This document shows positions 23,147 through 33,615 of a stretch of DNA of 52,317 nt, piece by piece (the stretch's first letter is position 1; the number at the start of each line of letters is the position of its first letter). Where the stretch lies: the NCBI RefSeq assembly GCF_000281045.1, contig NW_008246162.1, positions 101,758-154,074 of the forward strand. Direction: 5' to 3'. The stretch is from Saprolegnia diclina VS20. Its lineage: Eukaryota. The translations under genes were made by a program, and so were the position numbers. Below the pieces are notes generated by a model. It did no database searches and was not told the origin of the DNA. It worked only from the letters and a program-made list of their open reading frames with translations.

Positions 23147-24037
23147 ATGGAAAACCAAGCGAAGCAAGCTGCTGAGAAGATGGCCAAGAAGGTCCCGGCG
23201 AGCGGTAGCCCCGCGTCGGCCTTGGTCAAGGGCCTCGTCCTCACGGCCGGTCTCAGCTACGGCCTCTACCACTCGGTCTTCACGGTCGCGCCCGGTTCGC
23301 GCGCGGTCATGTACAACCGCTTCACCGGTGTGCAGGACGGCACGAAGGAAGAAGGCATGCACGTCATGATCCCGTGGATCGAGCGCCCGACGATCTTCGA
23401 TGTGCGCACGAAGGCCCACCAGGTGAGCTCGCTCACGGGCTCGCGCGATTTGCAGATGGTCAACGTCTCGCTCCGTGTCCTGACGCGCCCTAACACGGGC
23501 AAGCTCCCGGAGATCTACCGCAACCTCGGCCTCAACTACTTGGAAGTCGTCTTGCCCTCGATTGTGAACGAGACGGCCAAGCAGGTCATGGCGCAGTTCA
23601 ACGCTAGCCAGCTCATCACGCAGCGTGAGCACGTCTCGCGCATGATTGCGCGCAACTTGACGGAGCGCGCGACCGAGTTTTTCATCAACGTCGAAGATGT
23701 GTCGGTGACGCACTTGAGCTTCGGCCGCGAGTACACGGCTGCTGTCGAAGCCAAGCAGGTCGCCCAGCAGGAGGCCGAGCGCGCCCGCTTCGTTGTCGAC
23801 AAGGCCCTCCAGGAGAAGAAGTCGACGATCATCCGCGCCCAGGGTCAGGCCAAGGCCGCCGAGCTTGTCGGTGAGGCCATCAAGAAGAACCCCGCTTTCA
23901 CACAGTTGCGCCGCCTCGACGCCGCCAAGGAGATCGCCGCCGTCATGAGCAAGTCGCAGAACCGCGTGTACCTCAACTCGGAGTCGCTCCTCCTCAACTT
24001 GTTGCACGACTCGACGACGGGCTCGTTCACCAAGTAA
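23147..24037 (+). CDS. PHB2: Prohibitin-2 (mitochondrial SPFH protein)
   Basis: SLTGSRDLQMVN..LRVL.RP, VLPSIVNE..K.V.AQFNASQLITQRE.VS and EYTAAVEAKQVAQQEAERA; single exon. Confidence 0.93.
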   Translation: MENQAKQAAEKMAKKVPASGSPASALVKGLVLTAGLSYGLYHSVFTVAPGSRAVMYNRFTGVQDGTKEEGMHVMIPWIERPTIFDVRTKAHQVSSLTGSRDLQMVNVSLRVLTRPNTGKLPEIYRNLGLNYLEVVLPSIVNETAKQVMAQFNASQLITQREHVSRMIARNLTERATEFFINVEDVSVTHLSFGREYTAAVEAKQVAQQEAERARFVVDKALQEKKSTIIRAQGQAKAAELVGEAIKKNPAFTQLRRLDAAKEIAAVMSKSQNRVYLNSESLLLNLLHDSTTGSFTK

Positions 24038-24518
24038 ACAACATGCTCGTAGCGATCGCCGCTTCTTGCATTACGATTTTGAACGTCGCTTGAAGTTCGC
24101 TACTTGTAATGCAAGGAGTTCTGTAGAGGAAAATTTCCTGGGCGTTCTTCAGGCATGGCTCTAGTCAAGGGACTCTCATCAAACTGATTTGGGAAGAAAA
24201 AGAAAGGCAGAGATAACGGTGCGATGACGTGGCAAGCTCTCGTGCCGCCAGTTTCTCGATCGATACTAGCACGACGTCATGCTTGGTGGTCCTCTGTTGG
24301 TCGACTGCCATCATGGACTGCCATCATTGTTTGTGGCCATATGATGCGGATACGGTCTCGCAAGCTGCCGGTCTCGCGCACGCAACCTGACCATCAAGAG
24401 ACATTCATGCATCTTCGACGGCACACCCTCGTGCACGAAACGAGTAGAGTACGTAGAGAGGTAGGTATATGTAGGCAACAAGATCGTGCGCAGTCGTACT
24501 GCACTGTACTGCGCACGA

Positions 24519-25499
24519 CTAGGAGTCTTTCGAGAGCACGTCGTTGATGAGCAGCCACTTGGTCTCGTCATCGATGCAATTGAAGAGCACTACGCCGTTG
24601 GGCGGCCCGGTCGCAAGGTACTGGCTGAACTGGAGCTTCTTGCGCGCCGGCAAGTGGTGGCCGAGGATGAAGAACGTCTTGAGCGCACGCTCGAGCGGCG
24701 TGAGCGCTCCTATCGGTGACGACGGCGACGGCGGCGGTTCGTGCTTGGCGGGTTGTGGCATGAGCGACGTCGCGTGCATTGGAAGGTGGTGCCGGGGCAC
24801 GATCGTCTGGTGGTGCGGCGCCGCGGCCGCAACCGCCGCAGCACTCAGACTGCTCTCGGCGTGCACGAGCGCGTCGATGCGCGACGCCTTCTGGATGTTC
24901 GAGTTGAGGAGGTCGTGCGCGGGGCGCTTGCGCGGCGCGGAGCGGCGCGGCGTGTCTTCGTCCGTGTCAGACGAGTCGCCGTTGTCGCCGGGCACGACGT
25001 CGCCCGACAAGATCGCGTCGAGCTCGGCAAAGAACGTCAGCGGCGCCGACCTACATGCTACATGAGCCCTCTGCATGGACCACGTTCATGAGCGCAGTAC
25101 CTATACTGGAGCGCGTCCGGGTACTTGGCCGTAAAGTCGTTCCAGACGGTTTGTGGCGCCACGGGTAAGTTGTGCTCGTTGTCCCAGCTAAACTCGGGGT
25201 GTGTCTTGAGCGCCCTGAAGATGGCGTGGCGCTTCTTCAGGATCGTCCATCGGCTCTGGAGCTGGCTCTTCTGGTAGTTGAGACCAAGCGTGCTGTTAAA
25301 GTATTTGAGGAGGTTGTGCCAGCCGTCCTTCTTGAGACCGCCGCTGCCCGTCGAGCGCCCTAGCAGAGGCCGTGGGCGAGGGGGCGGGGGGACCGCTGGA
25401 CGTACCCTTGTGCATGCCCGCGACAACCTGCGCATGGAAGCCTTCGATGAGGACGCCGTCGCGGTCGTCGTTCCACTGCGCCGAGAGCGTGCTTGTCAT
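24519..25499 (-). CDS. Myb/SANT-like DNA-binding protein (Myb_DNA-bind_3 type), 3 exons
   Basis: AQWNDDRD..LIE, GGLKKDGW....FN...G..Y.KSQLQSRW..LKK, FSWD and WNDFTAKYPDA..YR..PL.FFAELDAI. Confidence 0.85.
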
Positions 25500-25930
25500 G
25501 CTCGACCACACACTTCCAGTGGAAGAACCAGGTATACACTGGATCCCAGCATCCGGATACAGTATCTGGAAATTCGAACTTCAGTTTTGGAACACACAAG
25601 AGCGACCGCGTTCCCGCCATTTGCAGTCTTTGTGGCGACGAGGTCGTGATGCGAGGAACTTGGTGATGTTGCCTGGTGCTCGTCAAGCACAGTACGTCCG
25701 CTAACGAATTCTTTGCGGTTTCACGAAGTCTCTGGCGCTGACTCGGGGCACGCAAAGGATAATCCTCGCCGTGTTGCTCGACAACGCAGGCATCTAGAGC
25801 ACAAGCACTTGAACGCATTTGCTCCACTCTCAACTGTCAACTCGTGTAGCTCGTCTCCATTGAACCCAGCTGCGCATTCGCCTGGAAAGGTAACACACGT
25901 ATTCGTTGGCAGTTTATAGAGCAGTACACA

Positions 25931-28441
25931 CTAAGCTTCGTTGCCGTGTGACTCCATGATCCACATGGCCATCGACTGCAGCATCGCACTGTCAAAGCGC
26001 GCCGCGAGATGCGGGTGCTCGATGCGCATCTTGGCAAGCGCCGTGCGGTCGAGGTAGAAGAGGAAGCACGGGCTCTTCGTCTCGGCCGTGAGGTTGTGGC
26101 GGTTGTTGAGGACCATGTCGACGTCGCCGAGCCACGCGCCGTGGGTGACACGCACGATGCGCTTCCGACCCTCAAAGCCCATGTACTCGTGGATGTCCCG
26201 CGGTACGAAGACATCGACTTGGCCCTTCCCGACAAGGTACACACCTTGCACTTCGTCACCACTTTCGTAAATCCGCTTCCCTGCTGGCTCCTTGGACGTC
26301 ACAAAGTACGTCTGGAGAAGTGCGTCATCGAGCTTGGCGTCGTCGCACGTCGGTGGCGGCAGGAAGCTCTCAAGGAGCGGCGTCACTTTGCCCTTTGCAA
26401 AGTGGTACTGCATTTGGTCCAAGATCGGCGTCGCGCCATTCATTTGCAGAAGCGTGTCTTCGCACCACTCGATGGCCATCTCCATCGTATCAAAGACGCT
26501 CGACTGCGCTAGCACGTCGTGGAGCTCAAACATGCCGCGCACCGAGGCAGGCAGCGCCGCAAAGACGAGCGTGATGCCGTGCGCCATGAGGTGCTCCTTC
26601 GTGGCCGTAAAGCAGCTGCGGACCGCCGTGACGTCCACGCCGCGGACGCGCTCGAAATCCAGCACGACGAAGCGCGTTCGGACGGTCGGCACGTGCGCAT
26701 AGCTTCGCTCGAGCACATCGGTCGTCGTAATGTGCTTGCGGACTTGGTTGAGAATCGCGACGGAACTCCCAAAGAAGACAAACCCGTCGAGCTCGAGCAT
26801 GACGATCGCCGACCGGACTTGATACAGAAGCGCACGTTCGCGCAGGTCGCGCTTCACGAGGCTCTGGCGCGCGACGCGGCGCACGACCGTCGACTCGACG
26901 TACGACAAGATAAAGTTGATACCGGCGGCGGCAATCCCAAGCACGATACCGGCCTCGAGGTTCCAAAAGTTCATGATGAGAAACGTAAACCAGAGGATCG
27001 CGTATTCGGCCCAGAGCATGCTTTTCTTGGCGTGGACGATCCACTCCATGACGAGGTCGATGCCAATGAGCGCGTTGAGCGAGCCGAAAAACAGCTTGGG
27101 GACGTACGCGATGATCGAGAAGGGGCTAAGCACCAATGCGATTTCAAGCGCAAAGATGAGACCACCCGTCCAGCGACTGTCGACGCCCGACTTCATCGAG
27201 AAGATCGTCGACGAAAAGATGTACGACCCGGTAAAGCCACCCGTGAGACCCGACACGAGGTTGGACCACCCGACGGTTTGGAGCTCGGCGTTGTGATCGA
27301 GCGGCTTGTGCAGCGCCATCTCGATGGCCGCAACATCAAGCGATGAAGAGAAGGCCACAACAAAGTACATGGCGATCCATGTCGGGATCTGCGGCGTGAG
27401 CACTTCGGCGTGAAAGAGGTCAGTGTGAAAGTGCTTGTACATGTCGGCCACCGAGAGCGTGCCGTTGGGCAGCGCCGCGATCCAGCCAAACGCCCGCGCG
27501 TCTTCAAAAGATGAGCCCGAGATGACCATACCGAGGTAAAACACGACAAGGATCGAGAGCATACACGTCGGGAGCACCGCAAAGTGTCGAATACGCTGTG
27601 TCATGACAAAGAGGAAGATGCCTCCGACGACGCCGGGTGCACAGAGAAGCATCGACTTGGCGTCTGCGAGCTTGTGCCAGTCGAGGATGGACGTGATTTC
27701 CTTGGACGACATCATCGAGAGCCCGGCTTCAAAGCAGTAAAAGCCGATAAACGAGAGATACCCACCGACAACCGGCATCGGGAGGTACTGGACAAAACTC
27801 GCGAGCTTGAGCTTGCCCGTGATGATGAGCGCGACACCGAGGAGCGCGGTCGAGCCACAGAGCGTCCACAGCGTCGTCGACAAAATATCTTCCATCGTCA
27901 CGGCGTCGTTGGAGGCCTTGAGGATCGAGACGATCGACGTGGCCATCGCCGAGAGGAAGATGAGGCCAGCGTCTTGGACTTGGCCGACCGCGAACGGCAG
28001 CGTGCTCGAGAGCGAGAAGCAGAGCTGATGCACGGCGCCTGAGCAGAAATGGTGCGTTAGGCGAGAAAATGCAGCAAAGGATCAACGTACCGGACACCAT
28101 TGTAAGCTTGACGAGCTCGGACAAGAATGGCTGGAAGACAGGGTCCCGAAAGATGATTTGGGCAAAACTACAGGCAACACGACGTGAGCTCCGCGCAGTA
28201 AGTACACGAGGGTAAATCACCTGATCATGAGAGGCACGAGGATGATGGCGTTCACAAGGCCATAGAGACCGACCTTGAAGTATTTGTCCGATGCATCCGT
28301 GGGCGCGTCGTCTACGACAGCGATCGACGTCTTGGGTGCACCATGCTGGAGGAGCGGCAGCGACTCTTCTTCGTCCCGGTAGCTCTTCCAGCGGCTGAGC
28401 TCGTTGCGCGGTGTGCGGGCGGTCGCGCCAACGCTGTCCAT
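25931..28441 (-). CDS. SulP/SLC26-family transporter with STAS and cNMP-binding domains (paralogue A), 3 exons
   Basis: GQVQDAGLIFL, YLPMPVVGGY, ELQTVGWSNLVSGLTGGFTGSYIFSST, STAS LELDGFVFFGSS..VVLDFERVRGVD and a C-terminal cNMP domain. ATG MDSVGATARTP at 28441. Confidence 0.93.
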
Positions 28442-28889
28442 TCTTGTCACGGGTGGTAGAAGGTAGAAAGAGTCGTTGTGAGGAACACCCGGCCCGGGCT
28501 CCTCAGCGTCGTCGATCCCAGCGCTTTCCTGCACCGCTTCTCATTGGTCATGCACCTGGTTTGTCACATGATATGTATGGAAATGATTGGCTACAAGCTT
28601 GGCCAATCCCAAACAGGTGGGCTTTGCACGGACGCCGCGCGAATCTGCCGTGTGATTGGCGATCGTCATGCGGACCCATGTGGCCATTTGAGGCGCCGTG
28701 GTACACTCAAGTTGAACCAAATGGGCAATCTGGGTGGCCAGGACCAGAATTGAGACGCGACAGCTGCCCCAGAAAATTACAATTGTAGCTCAAGATTGGA
28801 CGCCTCGCAGCGCCACGCAGATCGGCGACGGTATCTTCAGCAGCCAAGCTTGGAACCTGGGTGCATGACGTGGCAAGCGGGAAGAGCGA

Positions 28890-29994
28890 ATGCGAGGTGA
28901 TACTCACAGCGCCTATGGTAAACGTGAGCACTGGTATGTCTGCTTTGGCAACGAACAATGGCAGCCAACGGTGGAGTACGTCTCGTACGAGGAAGTGGCT
29001 GGCCTAGTTGCGATCGATTTCGAGTCTTCTCTCTCATGCGACGACAAAGAGTTCGTGGTACCGGTAGCTGTGCTTTGTCAACAAAGGACGTACTAGTACC
29101 AGCTAACGTTAGTGCTTTAGTCGTCGAATATGTGGACTGTGCCAACTTTTTCACTTGTTGTCCGCGTTGCCACATGCGCTCCACAGTGCTCTTCCGCCAG
29201 ATTGCTATCTCTCTATTATCGAAATAGTACGATGTATTGGCTCGGGAGGCAGGACACCGTTATGGCACGATAGGGTTCAGGTATGCAAGCGTTGCGCATG
29301 ATCAATACAACACCTCGTTGAACTCAGACCAAGTACGAGTAGCACAGCTTGATGAGCGAGTGCTGATTTATGGAGCTAGCTCGGGAAAGGGCAATGATAT
29401 GAAAACGCAATGGTACCTTGGCATTTCGTTTGTACCAAAATGACAAAAAGTCCGTCTCCAGGAAGGCAATGAGAAAAGAATGCTCGGAAAGCGTGTGATG
29501 GCCAAACAAATGGCCGTGGAACTGCCTCATCAGGGGCGAACCCCTGTGCCTCGTATACACTACCATACAGCTCGTGTACTTGGAAACGGGGCGAACGTTA
29601 TAGCGCTTCCATCTGCCATCAACAAAACCCTAATCATTGAATGGGACGAGGCACAACTCGGGGAAGTGAGCTCTCCGTCTCTGTGTTGATGAAGCTCGCC
29701 GAACCAATGCTCACCGCGGTCCAATAGCCTTCGTGATTGTGTTCGTCTCGATATTTCGCCGACGCGTTTTGCTGGTGCCAAAAACCTGGCTCAAGCGGTG
29801 GCGCTCGAGTGTTCCGCTACACGTACCTCCTCGACCCTCAGCTTCGCGAGAGCTCCGTCAAAATTTACTCGACAGTGCACCCTCTACGCGCCCAAGCGGG
29901 CAAAATAAGAACGTATAGCGTCGAGATAAACAACGCCAACAGCACCTTGCTTACAAGGGCTCAGCGCAAAGCGTTCGATTGGGTCCAGAAGTGA
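28890..29994 (+). pseudogene. Possible decayed P-loop NTPase gene (Crinkler-like or mobile-element derived)
   Basis: ORFs 28958-29227, 29237-29443 and 29480-29689 share one frame, separated by single stops. They contain Walker A-like VLIYGASSGKG (29360-29392) and Walker B-like LIIEWDEAQ (29630-29656). GC is lower than in flanking genes. Confidence 0.45.
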
Positions 29995-30504
29995 GATGTG
30001 AGTTGCTGGGCGGTTCGATCGAACCCAGGTCGTCGTCGGACTCAAACTCCAACGCAACTGCAACAACATGCTCAAAAAGATGCTCGGTTCCTTTCCCGCT
30101 CCAAAAAGGACAAGTGCGCACCTGACCCGCCACGACGAGCAACGCTGGTCTTCACGGTGTCAAGACCACACGAGGACAGGAAGATGCGAGTACGACGCGA
30201 CCGTAGCAGCATGTCCCAAGCCCTTCGCGCCTTTGGCTCTCAACTATCCAGATCACCTTGGCTTGTCTCCTGCACATCGCTCCTTCTAATGCATACAAAC
30301 ATCCATATATTAAAATAAACCCCTTCCGCATCCGTCGGGCTCTCCTGAAGCGCAATCGGATTGGTCCAGAGGCGTGATATAAAAACTGTTCGAAGCGTAC
30401 AAATAGAATAAAAGAACCTTGCTGTTTGTATGCGACGACGCGTCATACAATAATATTTAAACAAATACGCGTCGCATAGCACAGTTGAAAGCCAAGATAT
30501 CAGT

Positions 30505-30520
30505 CCACTCTCGAATTTGC
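30505..30520 (+). promoter_or_regulatory. Oomycete Inr/FPR-like core promoter
   Basis: CCACTCTCGAATTTGC lies 26 bp upstream of the ATG at 30546. Confidence 0.55.
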
Positions 30521-30545
30521 CCCGTGTGGCCCGGAAGCAGCAGCG

Positions 30546-33229
30546 ATGGACAGCGTCGGCGCCACGGCCCGGACGCCCAATGCCATGAGTCGCATGCGCA
30601 AGAGCTACCGCCTCGACGACGAGAAGCTGCCCATCCTCCACGACAAGATCCAGGTCAATGCGTCGACCTTTGCCATGGACGAGGAGCCGGCCTCGAGCAA
30701 GTACCTCAAGGTTGGCCTCTACGGCGTCATCAACGCCATCATCCTCGTGCCCCTCATGATCAGGTACGGCTGACATACTGCATGCCTCGGCGTAGTTGCT
30801 CATTCGACCACCGTATAGTTTTGCCCAAATCATCTTTCGCGATCCGGTCTTCCAGCCGTACCTCTCCGAGCTCGTGAAGCTTACGATGGTGTCTGGTACT
30901 CCTGAATGAAGCCGGTCGCCTCTATAAGCTCATATTGATCTATTTAGGCGCGGTGCACCAGCTCTGCTTTTCGCTCTCGAGCACGCTTCCGTTCGCGGTC
31001 GGCCAAGTCCAAGATGCTGGCCTCATCTTCCTCTCAGCCATGGCCAGCTCCATCGTGCACTCGCTCCACGCCTCGGACGATGTCTTTTCGATGGAGCAGA
31101 TTTTGGCCACGACGCTCTTTACGCTCAGTGGCTCGACTGCGCTTCTCGGTGTGGCGCTCGTTATCACGGGCAAGCTCAAGCTCGCGAGTTTCGTTCAGTA
31201 CCTCCCGATGCCCGTCGTCGGTGGTTACTTCGCGTTCATTGGCTTCTTTTGTCTCCAAGCCGGTCTCTCGATGATGTCGGGTCACGAGATCAGCAACTTG
31301 CTCGACTGGGGCGAACTCGCCAACACGAAGGCCGTCATCTTGTGTCTTCCGGGTCTCGCTGCCGGCGTTTTCCTCTTTGTCGTGACGCAGCGCGTCAAGC
31401 ACTTTGCAGTCCTCCCCACGTGCATGTTTACGATCGTCTCGCTCTTCTACTTTGGCATGCTCGTGTCGGGCTCGTCCTTTGAAGACGCGCGTCATTACGG
31501 CTGGATCGCGCCGCTTCCGAATGGCACCATGTCCTTCTTTGACATTTACAAGCACTTCCAGATCGACCACTTCCACGGCGAGTTTGTCACGGACCAAATC
31601 CCGACGTGGATCGCCATGTACTTTGTCGTGGCGTTCTCGTCGTCGCTCGATGTTGCGGCCATCGAAATGGCGCTGCAAAAGCCGCTCGACCACAACGCCG
31701 AGCTTCAAACCGTCGGGTGGTCCAACCTCGTGTCGGGTCTTACAGGCGGCTTTACCGGGTCGTACATCTTTTCGTCGACGATCTTCTCGATGAAGTCGGG
31801 CGTCGACAGCCGGCTCACGGGCCTCCTCGTCTTTGTGCTCGAGCTCGTCCTCGTCGCGAGTCCGTTCTCGATCATCGCGTACGTTCCCAAGCTCTTCTTT
31901 GCGTCGCTCCAGACGCTGATCGCGGTCGACCTCATCATGGAGTGGCTTATCCACGCCCGCAAGAGCATGTACCCGCGCGAGTACGCGATCGTGTGGTTCA
32001 CGTTCCTCGTCATGATCCTTTGGAACCTCCAGGGCGGCATCGTCCTCGGTATCATCGGCGCTGCCTTCAACTTTATCTTGTCGTACGTCAACACGACGAC
32101 GGTCCGCCGCGTCTGGAAGCAGAGCCACGTCAAGCGCCGCTTCAAAGACCGCAAGGCGCTTCTCAAGTCGCGCGGCTCGATCGTGACGCTCGAGCTCGAC
32201 GGGTACATCTTCTTTGGGAGTTCGGTGCACATCATGTCGGAAGTGCGCAAGCACGTTCTGCTGACGCCGACCGAGCTCATCTTGCACCAGAGCATGCGCA
32301 GCATTAGCTCGAGCGTCCTCCGCACGCCGCGCTTGACGACGCCCAACGTCCACAGCGACAACTCGCGCGCGCTCATGACGATGGAAGAAATGACCGACTA
32401 CCTCAGCGAGTACACGTCGGACTCGCCGATCCCGGCGCTCCGGACGCGCTTCCTCGTCCTCGACTTTGACCGCGTGCGTGGCATTGATGTGACGGCCGTC
32501 TCGACGTGCTTCAACGCGATGAAGCAGCTCCTGGTTGAGAACGGCATCTGCATGGTCTTCTGCAACCTCCCGGACGATGTCGAGGGCATGTTCCGCATGC
32601 ACGACATCTTTGACGACGAGACGAAGGACGCGAGCGAGTTCCCGACCAAGATTTTTGAGACGCTCGACTTGGCCATGGAGTTTTGCGAAGAAAACTTGCT
32701 GTCGCAAAACAGCCGCCCGACGCGCTTCGGGGCCCAGGACTCGCTCCGCATTGCACAGAACGGTCTCCCGATGGACCTTCTCAACACGCTCCTCCCGCAT
32801 GATGCGGACCCGGCCGCGCAGATGACGGAAGCCATTGGCTACGACTATGTCGAAGTCTTTACGCGCGAGAAGAACGACATTATCTACCAGTGCGGCCAGG
32901 ACGTCAACGGCTTCTTCATGGTCGGGAAGGGTCTCGTCGATGTCTACCTCCCGCGCAGTGCGCATGAGCGCATGGGCCCGGGCTTCAAGGGCCGGAAGCG
33001 CATCATGCAAGTGACGAGCGGCGCGCTCATGGGCGACGTCGACCTCATCTTGAACAAGAAGCACTCGTTCACAGCCGAGGCCAAGTCCGAGTGCTCCATC
33101 TTCTACGTAAGCAAAGCAGCTTTCGAGCAGCTCAAGATCGACCACCCTGCGGTCGCTGCGCGTTTCGAGAAGGCCATGATGCGCTCCATGGCACTCTGGA
33201 TCCTCGAGTACCGCGTCTCGGACCAATAG
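30546..33229 (+). CDS. SulP/SLC26-family transporter with STAS and cNMP-binding domains (paralogue B), 3 exons
   Basis: Same motifs and same two 5' intron positions as paralogue A, with a longer STAS insertion. Confidence 0.93.
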
Positions 33230-33615
33230 GATGTACTCGTCGGCTATAAACTCGAAAATTCTAGCGTCCATCGTTTTTGTCATCAAATCGGCCCAATATT
33301 TATTCCCTGAATGCTCATGCAACGACGCAAGAGGCAATCGACCCCGTCATGGAACCAGCCGTCATGCATGCGTAGAGCTGCCTGTGCCACGTTGTCGAAC
33401 TCATACAATAGCATACCAAAGTCGAAGGAGAGCGCCAACCACGAGTAGTTTTGGCGCCAAGAGTGTGGAAGTCGCGATCTTTCCGCCCAAAATAGGAAAC
33501 CTCTATGAATGGATACTGTATTTGATTAGGAAGGTTTAAAGTTGCATACAAATATCAAGTATTTTTCCAACGCGCGCCCGACGGAGCATAATTTCAAGTT
33601 GCCCGCGCGCGGGGG

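Noticed and set aside
31034..33337. 767-aa antisense ORF over SulP paralogue B (and similar long antisense ORFs over PHB2, ORC3 and the GH17 genes)
   Set aside because: These are shadow ORFs caused by strong GC3 bias and repeats on the sense strand, with no independent motifs.
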